64,000 nt of DNA from an uncultured Solirubrobacterales bacterium (GTDB taxonomy: Bacteria > Actinomycetota > Thermoleophilia > Solirubrobacterales > Solirubrobacteraceae), in NCBI GenBank assembly GCA_963755165.1, contig CAVWIT010000002.1, positions 799,730 to 863,729 of the forward strand. The letters are read 5' to 3'. The stretch's first letter is position 1. Each line of letters starts with the position of its first letter. Below are positions 1-8,575 of this stretch, piece by piece. A program made the position numbers and the translations under genes. The notes under the pieces were generated by a model. The model ran no database searches. It saw only the letters and a list, made by a program, of their open reading frames with translations, and was not told where the DNA came from.

Positions 1-654
1 TTGGGGATCGTCGATGACGACGAGGTCGATCTATCCAACCTCCAGCGCCAGGTGATCCACTCCACGCAGCGGATCGGCATCCCCAAGGTTGACTCCGCGG
101 AGGAGTCGATTCATGCGCTGAACCCTGACGTGGACGTCGTGAAGTACCAGACGCGGATCGACGCGTCGAATATCATGGAGATCATCGAGGGGTACGACGT
201 GATTGTCGACGGGGTCGACAACTTCCCGACGCGTTACCTGCTGAACGACGCCAGCGTGCGTCTGCGGATCCCGGTCGTGTCGGCGTCGATCCTCGGCTTC
301 GATGGGCAGCTGTCGGCGTTCAAGCCCTACGAGGGCCCGTGCTATCGCTGCCTGTTCCGCGAGCCGCCGCCGGCCGAGCTGGCGCCCTCGTGCGGGGCCA
401 ACGGTGTGCTCGGTGTGCTGCCGGGGACGATGGGGCTGCTGCAGGCGACTGAGGTGGTCAAGCTGATCCTTGGCATCGGCGAGCCCGCGATTGGCAGGCT
501 GCTGCTGTACGACGCGCTGGGGGCGACGCTGACCGAGGTGAAGGTCCACCGCGACCCCGACTGCCCGATCTGCTCGCGCGAGCCCGATGAGATCTCCGAT
601 GAGGAGATGGGCGTGTTCCCCGACTACGAGGCGTTCTGCGCCGCCGCCGGGTAG
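1..654 (+). CDS. moeB: ThiF/MoeB-family E1-like adenylyltransferase (5'-truncated by window edge; no C-terminal rhodanese domain)
   Basis: ORF is open from base 1. Translation shows the ThiF core (GIVDDDEVDLSNLQRQ) and zinc-site Cys pairs CYRC and CPIC. It ends ...FCAAAG without a rhodanese domain. A carrier-protein gene starts 27 nt downstream. Confidence 0.85.
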   Translation: MGIVDDDEVDLSNLQRQVIHSTQRIGIPKVDSAEESIHALNPDVDVVKYQTRIDASNIMEIIEGYDVIVDGVDNFPTRYLLNDASVRLRIPVVSASILGFDGQLSAFKPYEGPCYRCLFREPPPAELAPSCGANGVLGVLPGTMGLLQATEVVKLILGIGEPAIGRLLLYDALGATLTEVKVHRDPDCPICSREPDEISDEEMGVFPDYEAFCAAAG

Positions 655-681
655 TCTGCGGGCGGGCGGGCACCAATCAAT

Positions 682-957
682 ATGGCGACGATCAAGATTC
701 CACCGGTCCTGCGCGCCTCGGTCGGCGGCGAGAAGCAGGTGAGCGCCTCGGGCGAGAGCGTCGGCGAGGTGCTGCGTGACCTCGCCCAGAGCCACCCGGC
801 GACCCAGGATCAGCTGTTCGGGGCTGACGGCGAGCTGAATCGGTACGTGAATGTGTATCTCAACGACGAGGACGTGCGCGTCCTCAGCGGACTGGAGACG
901 GCCGTGGGGGACACGGACATCCTGGTGATCCTGCCGGCGATGGCCGGCGGGGTCTGA
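682..957 (+). CDS. cysO: MoaD/ThiS-family sulfur-carrier protein (CysO-like) with C-terminal GG plus one extra Val
   Basis: 91-aa ORF of beta-grasp carrier size. C-terminus is ...LPAMAGGV. It is flanked by E1, CysM and JAMM genes. Confidence 0.8.
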   Translation: MATIKIPPVLRASVGGEKQVSASGESVGEVLRDLAQSHPATQDQLFGADGELNRYVNVYLNDEDVRVLSGLETAVGDTDILVILPAMAGGV

Positions 958-1023
958 AAACCCAACCAGCTGCGATCGCCCGTGCGCAGGTCGTGCGCTC
1001 CGTCGCTAGAGCGCTCGCAATCG

Positions 1024-2679
1024 TCAGGCAGCTGCGATCGTCTCTGAAGAGGCCGGCTCTGTCGCCGCCCCATCCATCGTCGTCGCCGCCTCCCCCGCTG
1101 CCGGCACATGGCTCATTGCGTGCTCGGCCAGGGCGGTGATCGTCAGCGACGGGTTGACGCCGACGTTGGCGGGGATCGCCGAGCCGTCGCAGACGAGCAG
1201 GTTCTCGTAGCCGAACACGTGCTGGCGCGCGTCGATCACGCCGCGGGAGGGATCGGGGGCGATCACCGCGCCGCCGAGGATGTGGGCGGTCGTGGGGATG
1301 TTGAACAGGGCCTCGGTGACGGAGCTCTGGGCGATCCCGCCGGTGCGCTTGGCGAACCATTCCGCCGCCTGGTTGGCGATCGGGATGAACGTCGGGTTGG
1401 GCTTCTCGGGGTCCTGTTCGGTCTTTAGCCAGAACGAGCCGAACGGCCCCTGGCGGGGGCGCAGCGCGATCGCGTTGTCGAGCGTCTGCATCACGAGCAC
1501 GATGATCGTGCGGCGAGACCAGTGCTTGGGAAACAGCACCTGCGCCAGCCGCCGGGGGCGAAGCAGAACCTGGATCAGCCACTTCAATGGACGCGTCACG
1601 CGCGTGCCGTCGCCGACGAGCAGCGTGTAGAAGCGATGCATCGAGTTCCCGTGATCGCCGTAGGTGACGGTCTCGATGTGGGTGTTCGGGTCGGGGTAGA
1701 TCGAAGAGGTGATCGCGACGCGCTTGATCAGGTCGTCGGGGTAGTCCTCGGGCACGGTTACGGTGAGGATCGACTCTGAGTTGGTGCGCACCAGCTCGCC
1801 TAGGCGCGCGGAGATCCGGCCCAGCGACCCGTTCAGGCGGCAGCGCTGTAGGAGCTTGTTCGTGCCCAGCGGCCCGGCTGCGACGACGACCCCGCGTGCG
1901 CGGTGAACCTGGCGGTCCTTGCGCAGCCACGCCCCCGAGCGCACGGATTCGACCTCATAGCCGTCCGTGCCGGAACCATCGCCGAGCGGACGGATGTCAA
2001 CGACGGTGCGTTCGGGTGTCACGCGCGCGCCGCGTCGCTCCGCCAGGTAGAGGTAGTTCTTGACGAGCGTGTTCTTGGACCCGTGCGGGCAGCCGACCAT
2101 GCAGCGTCCGCACAGTCGGCAGCCGGTGCGATCGGGGCCTTCGCCGCCGAAGAACGGGTCGGGGACGGTCACGCCGGGCTCGCCGAAGAAAACGCCGACG
2201 GGCGTCTTTTTGTAGGTGTCGCCGACGCCCAGCTCCTCGCCGAGCTCGCGCAGCAGCTGGTCGGCGGGGTCTTCATGCGGGTTCTGGACGACGCCGAGCA
2301 TCCGTTGCGCTTCGGTGTAGTGCGGCTCTAGGGCCGACTCCCAGTCGTTCATGTCCGCCCACTGGGGATCCTCGAAGAACGCCTTCGGCGGCACGTACAG
2401 CGTGTTGGCATACCCGAGGCTGCCGCCGCCGACGCCGCAGCCGGAGACGACGGAGACGTCTTTGAAGATGGTCAGCCGGAAGATGCCCTTCATCCCGAGC
2501 ATGGGGTTCCAGGAGTAGCGCTTCAGATCGGCGGTCGAGCTGGGGAGCTCGTCGTCGGCAAAACGTCGTCCGCACTCCAGGACGCCCACGGAGTGGCCTT
2601 TCTCGGATAGGCGCAGCGCCGAGACGCTGCCGCCGAAGCCCGAGCCGATCACCAGCCAGTCGTGGTCGTAGTCGCGCAT
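1024..2679 (-). CDS. GMC-family FAD oxidoreductase (cholesterol-oxidase-like)
   Basis: 551 aa. N-terminal FAD fold DWLVIGSGFGGSVSALRLSEKGHSVGVLECG and a GMC-like body. It lies antisense between cysO and cysM. Confidence 0.8.
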   Translation of the reverse strand: MRDYDHDWLVIGSGFGGSVSALRLSEKGHSVGVLECGRRFADDELPSSTADLKRYSWNPMLGMKGIFRLTIFKDVSVVSGCGVGGGSLGYANTLYVPPKAFFEDPQWADMNDWESALEPHYTEAQRMLGVVQNPHEDPADQLLRELGEELGVGDTYKKTPVGVFFGEPGVTVPDPFFGGEGPDRTGCRLCGRCMVGCPHGSKNTLVKNYLYLAERRGARVTPERTVVDIRPLGDGSGTDGYEVESVRSGAWLRKDRQVHRARGVVVAAGPLGTNKLLQRCRLNGSLGRISARLGELVRTNSESILTVTVPEDYPDDLIKRVAITSSIYPDPNTHIETVTYGDHGNSMHRFYTLLVGDGTRVTRPLKWLIQVLLRPRRLAQVLFPKHWSRRTIIVLVMQTLDNAIALRPRQGPFGSFWLKTEQDPEKPNPTFIPIANQAAEWFAKRTGGIAQSSVTEALFNIPTTAHILGGAVIAPDPSRGVIDARQHVFGYENLLVCDGSAIPANVGVNPSLTITALAEHAMSHVPAAGEAATTMDGAATEPASSETIAAA

Positions 2680-2697
2680 CCCTGTCGTCCATCCTAA

Positions 2698-2741
2698 TAC
2701 TTCACAGCCATCGCGTCCCGCTCGCTATATTCTGTGAAGTA
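2698..2741. promoter_or_regulatory. Perfect 10-nt inverted repeat flanking a -10-like TATATT, abutting the cysM start codon
   Basis: Arms are TACTTCACAG (2698-2707) and CTGTGAAGTA (2732-2741). The 24-nt spacer contains TATATT (2726-2731). The cysM ATG is at 2742, and the GMC gene starts divergently at 2679. Confidence 0.5.
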
Positions 2742-3713
2742 ATGGCGAGTCAGCCGCTGCAGAACAGACCGTGCGGAGGGCGCTACGGGGACATCGTGCA
2801 GTCGATCGGCAACACGCCGCTGATCGAGCTGCCCCGGCTGTCGCCAAAGCCGGGGGTGCGCATCTGGGCGAAGCTCGAGTCGCGCAACCCGACGGGCTCG
2901 GTCAAGGATCGCGTCGCGCGCGCGCTGATCGAGGACGGCGAGGAGCGGGGCGCGCTCTCGCCCGGGCAGACGATCCTCGAGCCGACTTCCGGCAACACGG
3001 GCATCTCGCTGGCGATGATCGCCGCGCGCAAGGGCTATCGGCTGAAGGTCGTGATGCCGGAGAACGTCACGCCCGAGCGCACGCAGCTGCTGAGGATGTA
3101 CGGAGCGGAGATCGTCTACTCCGAGGGCTCGCTGGGCTCCAACGGCGCGGTCGAAAAGGCCCTGGAGATGGCGCAGGCCGACCCGTCCGTGTACATGCCC
3201 TACCAGTACGGCAACGAGGCGAACCCGAACGCTCACTACAACGGCACGGCCCTGGAGATCCTCGACGAGCTCGACGAGATCTCGGCGTTCGTCGCTGGCC
3301 TCGGCACGGGCGGCACCCTGATGGGTTGCGGGCGCCGGCTGAAGGAGGCGTTCGGCGACGCCGTGAAGATCGTCGCCGCGGAGCCGATGCAGGGCGAGCC
3401 GGTGCAGGGGCTGCGCTCGCTCGACGACGGGTTCATCCCGCCGATCATCGACATAGCGCTGCTGGACCGGAAGATCTTCGTGACCAACCGCGACGCGATC
3501 GTCTGGACGCGCAGGCTGCTCGACGAGGAGGGCGTGTTCGCGGGCGTCTCCAGCGGCGCGATCGCAAGCATCGCGGTGCGGATCGCCGGCGAGCTGGGCG
3601 AGGGCAACGTCGTCTTCGTTGTCGCCGATGACGGCTGGAAGTATCTGTCGAGCGGCATCTACACGCTGCCGGTCGACGAGATCGAGAACCTCGACTCCAC
3701 CGTCTGGTGGTAA
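2742..3713 (+). CDS. cysM: Cysteine synthase, CysM-type (PLP-dependent, probable thiocarboxylate-dependent)
   Basis: 323 aa. PLP-lysine region ESRNPTGSVKDRVA, plus SGNTG and GLGTGGTL loops typical of CysK/CysM. Confidence 0.9.
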   Translation: MASQPLQNRPCGGRYGDIVQSIGNTPLIELPRLSPKPGVRIWAKLESRNPTGSVKDRVARALIEDGEERGALSPGQTILEPTSGNTGISLAMIAARKGYRLKVVMPENVTPERTQLLRMYGAEIVYSEGSLGSNGAVEKALEMAQADPSVYMPYQYGNEANPNAHYNGTALEILDELDEISAFVAGLGTGGTLMGCGRRLKEAFGDAVKIVAAEPMQGEPVQGLRSLDDGFIPPIIDIALLDRKIFVTNRDAIVWTRRLLDEEGVFAGVSSGAIASIAVRIAGELGEGNVVFVVADDGWKYLSSGIYTLPVDEIENLDSTVWW

Positions 3714-3716
3714 TCG

Positions 3717-4136
3717 GTGCAGATCGAGCGGACGCTGCTGGATGACGTGATCGCGCACGCCCGCGATGAGTACGACGTCGAGTGCTGCGGCATGATCGCC
3801 TACGCGCTCGTCCCACCGAACGGCGAGCCGCTCGCGGCGAAGGTGCACCGGGCTAGGAATATCCATGCGTCTCGCAAGCGCTTCGAGATCGACGGCAAAG
3901 AGGTTCTGAAGATCGAACGAGAGTTCGAGGAGGCAGGCTGGAGCATGGGCGCGATCTACCACTCCCACACCCACACCGCTCCCTATCCATCGCAGACGGA
4001 CATCAACTTCGCCGCCAACTGGCCGGGCCTTGAGTGGGTGATCGTGGGCCTGGCGGGCGGCGAGCCCGAGGTGCGCTGCTACCTGATCGAGGACGGCCGG
4101 GTCAGAGAGGTCGAGCTGCGGGTGGACGCGACATGA
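3717..4136 (+). CDS. mec: JAMM/MPN+ metalloprotease (Mec-like)
   Basis: 139 aa. Upstream Glu (VECCGMI) and HSHTHTAPYPSQTD, which fits HxHx7Sx2D. The GTG start lies 3 nt after the cysM stop. Confidence 0.85.
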   Translation: MQIERTLLDDVIAHARDEYDVECCGMIAYALVPPNGEPLAAKVHRARNIHASRKRFEIDGKEVLKIEREFEEAGWSMGAIYHSHTHTAPYPSQTDINFAANWPGLEWVIVGLAGGEPEVRCYLIEDGRVREVELRVDAT

Positions 4137-4348
4137 AGCTCGTGAAAGTCGCCTACGCGCGGAACCTGCCCGAGGCGGAGCTGATCCAGGGGCTGCTGCT
4201 CCAGGAGGGCATTCCCAGCATGACCCGGCGCGCGCCGGGCTTTGACGTGCCGGATTTCCTCGCGGCGGGCCCGCGCGACATCCTCGTGCCCGCTTCCGGG
4301 GCCGAAGCTGCCCACGAAGCCCTGCGGGGACCGGCCTCAGACCGGTAG
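4133..4348 (+). CDS. Small DUF2007-like protein (putative signal-transducing fold), translationally coupled to mec
   Basis: The ATG at 4133 overlaps the mec stop (ATGA). The 71-aa product MKLVKVAYARNLPEAELIQGLLLQEGIPSM... resembles DUF2007-type proteins. The longer track ORF from 4034 lies inside mec and was rejected. Confidence 0.5.
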   Translation: MKLVKVAYARNLPEAELIQGLLLQEGIPSMTRRAPGFDVPDFLAAGPRDILVPASGAEAAHEALRGPASDR

Positions 4349-4418
4349 CGCCGAAGCACGTCTAGCGCGGGCGTCCACCTCAAGGGATGGGCGCTCCTTG
4401 CCGATTCCTCGACTTGAG

Positions 4419-6308
4419 ATGACAGCTCAAGACTCGAGCCTGGGAAATGCGCCGCCTCAGGCGCCTGCGCCTCCGACGCCTGTGCCGCCGTCCGCTCCGG
4501 TGGTGCAGCCTGGAGAGGATATCTGTCGTCTCGGTGAGGTGCTGAAGGCGCGGGCCGGGGATGTGCTCTCCGAGACGGTCGCGCGAACCGCGGAATCGGG
4601 CCAAGTTGTCGACGCCCTGGTGCAGGACAGCTTCGAACGGATCAGTACGAGCTCCACGATCGCGGTGGCCCGGTGGATGTGCGGGGAGGGTATGGAGGTT
4701 GCAATCGAGGCCGGCCGGGAAACTTGGGAGATCTTCGGTGAGCTGGCCGTCCACCGCGCGGCGACGCTGGATGAGGTGACCAGGCGCTGTTTCGCATGGC
4801 GCAACGTGATGGCCGAGGTGCTGCGCGAGGGCGCAACGCAACTGGATGTCTCGTCAGAGGCGCTCTCCCAGGCTCTGAACATCCTGCAGCTGAGCCTCGA
4901 GTTCAGCCTGTTGCGGATGTGCGAGTGCTATGAGACCGAGCGCCAGCGAACAGACGAAGAGCTCAAACGGCGTGAGGAGGAGTTCGCGTTCCTGGCGACG
5001 CACGATCCGCTGACGGGGTTGCCGAACCGGACGTTGATCTTGGATCGTGTCGAGCAGATGCTCGCGCGCTCCGCTCGCAACCAGACGCCGGTGGCGGCTT
5101 TGTTCGTCGATCTCGACAACTTCAAGTCGATCAACGACACGCTCGGTCACGGCGCGGGCGATGAGCTGTTGCAAGCGGTTGCCGCGCGGCTGAAGGGCGT
5201 GGTGCGCGACGCCGACGCGCTGGGGCGTCTCGGCGGGGATGAGTTCGTCGTGATCTCCGAAGAGCTCTCGCTGGCGGTGGGTCCCGAGCTGATCGCCGAG
5301 CGCCTGCTCGATGCCCTCAAGCAGCCGTTTAAGCTCGGCGCGGACAAGGACACTCGCGTGACCGTGACGGCAAGCATCGGGATCGCGGCGGGAGACCGGA
5401 TCTCCGCCGAGGAGCTCCTGCGCGATGCGGACATCGCGATGTACCGGGCGAAGTGGGACGGCAAGAATCGCCACGTCGTGTTCGAGACCGGCATGCAGCA
5501 CACCGTGCAGAACCGCATGGAGCTCGAGATGGACCTGCGCGAGGCGCTCGCAAACGACGAGTTCTTCCTCGCCTACCAACCCACGCTCGACTTGAGCGAC
5601 ATGAGCCCCAACGGAGTCGAGGCTCTGATTCGCTGGGAGCACCCGGTGCGCGGGGTTGTTCAACCCGATGACTTCATCCCGCTGCTGGAGGAGACGGGGC
5701 TGATCACGGAGGTCGGGAAATGGGTCTTGAAGGAAGCCTGCGCGCAGGGTGCCGCATGGCGAGCAAACGGGTATCCGATCGGCATCGCCGTCAATGTCTC
5801 TGGGCGCCAGCTCGACACTGATCAGCTGGTTATCGACATCGAAGAAGCGCTCGGCGACAGTGGTCTGGATCCGCAGGCGTTGACGATCGAGATCACCGAG
5901 ACGACATTGATGCGCAACGTCGAGGAGACCACTCGCCGGCTCACCCAGATCAAGGCGCTCGGAGTGCGGATCGCGATCGACGACTTCGGCACCGGGTACT
6001 CGTCGCTCGCTCACCTGCAACGGTTCCCGGTCGACGCGCTCAAGATCGACCGGTCGTTTATCTCAGGGCTGCAGAACAACCAGGAGGGTGAGACGCTGAT
6101 CCACACGCTCGTGCAGCTCGGCAAGTCGCTCTCGATCGAGACCTTCGCCGAGGGCATCGAGCAACAGCAGGAGCTGACTCTGCTCAAAGACGAGGACTGC
6201 GACAGCGGGCAGGGCTTCCTGTTCGCCCGTCCGCTCGACGTGGACGCCACCGAGGCCTTCCTTCAGGAGTGGGCCGAGGAGAGGTTGCCTCAGACCAGCA
6301 CGGGCTGA
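4419..6308 (+). CDS. GGDEF-EAL diguanylate cyclase/phosphodiesterase with uncharacterised N-terminal sensor region
   Basis: Start set at ATG 4419, after the previous gene. Motifs: GGDEF (RLGGDEFVV), EAL (VEALIRWEHP) and DDFGTGYSSL. The first ~230 aa are helical with no family recognised. Confidence 0.85.
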   Translation: MTAQDSSLGNAPPQAPAPPTPVPPSAPVVQPGEDICRLGEVLKARAGDVLSETVARTAESGQVVDALVQDSFERISTSSTIAVARWMCGEGMEVAIEAGRETWEIFGELAVHRAATLDEVTRRCFAWRNVMAEVLREGATQLDVSSEALSQALNILQLSLEFSLLRMCECYETERQRTDEELKRREEEFAFLATHDPLTGLPNRTLILDRVEQMLARSARNQTPVAALFVDLDNFKSINDTLGHGAGDELLQAVAARLKGVVRDADALGRLGGDEFVVISEELSLAVGPELIAERLLDALKQPFKLGADKDTRVTVTASIGIAAGDRISAEELLRDADIAMYRAKWDGKNRHVVFETGMQHTVQNRMELEMDLREALANDEFFLAYQPTLDLSDMSPNGVEALIRWEHPVRGVVQPDDFIPLLEETGLITEVGKWVLKEACAQGAAWRANGYPIGIAVNVSGRQLDTDQLVIDIEEALGDSGLDPQALTIEITETTLMRNVEETTRRLTQIKALGVRIAIDDFGTGYSSLAHLQRFPVDALKIDRSFISGLQNNQEGETLIHTLVQLGKSLSIETFAEGIEQQQELTLLKDEDCDSGQGFLFARPLDVDATEAFLQEWAEERLPQTSTG

Positions 6309-6922
6309 CCGGCTTCGCTGGCGATCGCTTCGATCTCCTCGCTGGCGCGCTCGAACTCGGCGTCGGAGAGCACCGGAGTGCCCTCGAACGGCAGTTCGCG
6401 CTGGAGCTCGACCCAGTTCTGGGAGGCGTTGTACTCGTCCTTTACTTTCACGGTCACCGGCCGCGGGATGCGGTAGGTGCGCAGCAGCAGCACGTGCAGC
6501 GGCTGCTGGCGGCGCCAGCCCAGGCGCTGTTCGGCGTAGCTGGGTGTCCACACATAGAATGGGGAGAGCGCGTCGACGCAGCGCGGGTCGGTGATCGTGA
6601 AGTGCCCGGCGACCTCAGCCCATGCGCGGATGCGAACGCGGTCGGGCTGCTGGATGGGGACGCTCGATGTGAACGCGTGCAGCGGCGGCTCGCCGTCGCT
6701 CCAGACGCCCTCCTCGAGCGCCCGGCGCAGCTCGGGCTGATGTGACTCGCGTACGAGGTTGCCACTCTGGTTGTCGAAAGTGGGATACAGGAAAAACCGC
6801 TCGTGGGCGAGCCGGAACGGCTTGCCGGGCTCGCGCAGCACGCCCTTGCGCAGCGTCAACAGCTGCTCGCCTTCCGCAAGGGCGCGGACGGTGACGGCCC
6901 ATTCTTTGAAAGCAATTGGCAT
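6290..6922 (-). CDS. DUF1802-like protein of unknown function
   Basis: 210 aa. MPIAFKEWAVTVRALAEGEQLLTLRKG...FFLYPTF matches my recollection of DUF1802. The 3' end overlaps the convergent GGDEF-EAL gene by 19 nt. Confidence 0.6.
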   Translation of the reverse strand: MPIAFKEWAVTVRALAEGEQLLTLRKGVLREPGKPFRLAHERFFLYPTFDNQSGNLVRESHQPELRRALEEGVWSDGEPPLHAFTSSVPIQQPDRVRIRAWAEVAGHFTITDPRCVDALSPFYVWTPSYAEQRLGWRRQQPLHVLLLRTYRIPRPVTVKVKDEYNASQNWVELQRELPFEGTPVLSDAEFERASEEIEAIASEAGQPVLV

Positions 6923-7063
6923 GGAAAACTGGGGATGGATTGAGGGGAACGTCTTAATGTGTGCCTACGTGCCATCCGCGCCTGCGGGGCGGCCAAGTTC
7001 CTTAAAAGATACGAAATCCTGGCGGAAATCCCAAATCCCCTGCAAATCGGTGGCTTTTTTGGG

Positions 7064-8575
7064 CTACCTTGGGCCATGACCGCCGCCGCCGGGCGTTTCG
7101 ATGCGCAGTCGCTGACCGGTTTCCAGCGTGCCCGTGGCCTTGCCTGCGATCGGCCGCCCATCGATCGCATCGAGTCCCGGTCTGCCCGGCTCGCCTCCGG
7201 CCGCGCCACGCGGGCTGTGAGCGCGACGCTCGGCGATCAGCGAGTAGGTCATCTCACGCAGCGCTTCGAGCTCGCGCACGACTCCATCCCCGCCTCGATG
7301 TGCTCCCGCTCCGCCCGAGCCGCGGCGCAGCGCGTACTCGAGCACGCGCACCGGGAATTCTCGCTCCAGCGCCTCGATCGGCGTGTTCAGCGTGTTGCTC
7401 ATCGCGACGTGTACCCCACTTGGCCCGTCCGCGTCCGGGCACGCGCCCTGGCCGCCGCCGAGCGTCTCGTAGTAGGAGAACGCGCGGTCTCCCAGCGTGA
7501 GGTTGTTCATCGTGCCCTGCCCCTGCGCCCTGCCGAACGCAGCCAGCACCATGTCGGCCACGCGCGAGCTGGTCTCCACGTTGCCCGCCGCCACGGCGGG
7601 TCTGTGTTCCAGCCCATCCGCTCCGATGCTCGTGCGGGCATTGAGGATTGAGCCTTCCGGCGCGACGATCTCGATCGGCCGGTAGGCCCCTGCCGATGGT
7701 GGGATATCCGGATCAGTCAGCACCCGCACAGCGAACAGGCAGGCCGAGCGCGTGACGGCGAGGGGGCAGTTCAGGTTGCCGTCGTGCCGCGCTGCGCTAC
7801 CGCCGAAGTCGAGTGTCAGCCGCTCGCCGGCAACCGTCGCGCACAGGTGCAGCGTCAGATCGCCATCGGGCGCCTCGAGTACGTCCTGTGTGTGGCGCTC
7901 GCTGTCGTCAAGGGCCGCGATGCATGCGCGGGTGCGCCGCTCGGCGTAGTCGAGCACGGCGCCGAACGCTTCACTGAGCCGCTCCGTGCCGATGCGCCGC
8001 GCGAGCTCGCTCAGGCGCAGCGCGCCCATACGGTTGGCTGCCAGCTGGGCGCGGAGGTCAGCTTCGCGCTCGGCCGGCTGGCGCATGCGTGCGGACAGCT
8101 CTTTCAGCATCGGTTCGTCCAAGCGGGTCGGTCCAATCACCACGCCCTCTTCCTCCAGCGTACGGCTGTCGGCGGGCATCGACCCCGGAATGCGCCCGCC
8201 CACATCGGCGTGATGCGCCCGGTTCGCCGCGAACCCCAGCAGCGCCCCTTCGAGCAGCACCGGCGTGATGACGGTGATGTCGGGCAGGTGAGTGCCGCCC
8301 GCGAACGGATCGTTCAGGACCCACGTGCAGCCGCGCGCGTGATCCTCACCGAGGATCGCCGCCACCGCTGAGGGCATCGACCCGAGGTGCACCGGGATGT
8401 GCTCGGCCTGCATCACCATTTCGCCGCGCCGATCGAACAGGGCGGTCGAGGCGTCGTGGCGCTCCTTGATGTTGGAGGAGCGAGCCGATCCGATCAGCAC
8501 GGCGCCCATCTCCTCACAGGTGGCTCGCAGGGCGCCTGTCACGACCTGGAGCTGGATGGGATCCAGCGAGCTCAT
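7064..8575 (-). CDS. hyuB: Hydantoinase B / 5-oxoprolinase family subunit
   Basis: 503-aa ORF with a hydantoinase_B-like sequence. Its start overlaps the upstream hyuA stop by 4 nt (8572-8575). Confidence 0.85.
   Translation of the reverse strand: MSSLDPIQLQVVTGALRATCEEMGAVLIGSARSSNIKERHDASTALFDRRGEMVMQAEHIPVHLGSMPSAVAAILGEDHARGCTWVLNDPFAGGTHLPDITVITPVLLEGALLGFAANRAHHADVGGRIPGSMPADSRTLEEEGVVIGPTRLDEPMLKELSARMRQPAEREADLRAQLAANRMGALRLSELARRIGTERLSEAFGAVLDYAERRTRACIAALDDSERHTQDVLEAPDGDLTLHLCATVAGERLTLDFGGSAARHDGNLNCPLAVTRSACLFAVRVLTDPDIPPSAGAYRPIEIVAPEGSILNARTSIGADGLEHRPAVAAGNVETSSRVADMVLAAFGRAQGQGTMNNLTLGDRAFSYYETLGGGQGACPDADGPSGVHVAMSNTLNTPIEALEREFPVRVLEYALRRGSGGAGAHRGGDGVVRELEALREMTYSLIAERRAHSPRGAAGGEPGRPGLDAIDGRPIAGKATGTLETGQRLRIETPGGGGHGPR

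Noticed and set aside
31-795. 254-aa minus-strand ORF, representative of many long antisense ORFs in the track. Others include 884-1930, 2694-3974, 4854-6020, 11514-13292, 23752-25221, 28708-30615, 42095-43900, 54807-55751 and 58837-60582.
   Set aside because: Each lies antisense to or out of frame with a gene carrying clear family motifs. Their translations are Arg/Ala/Pro/Gly-dominated, as expected of shadow frames in ~70% GC DNA. None shows a recognisable domain.
4034-4132. Longer version of the DUF2007-like ORF starting at 4034.
   Set aside because: That part lies wholly inside the JAMM gene in another frame and is Arg/Gly-rich. ATG 4133 gives the ATGA-coupled start and a sensible N-terminus.
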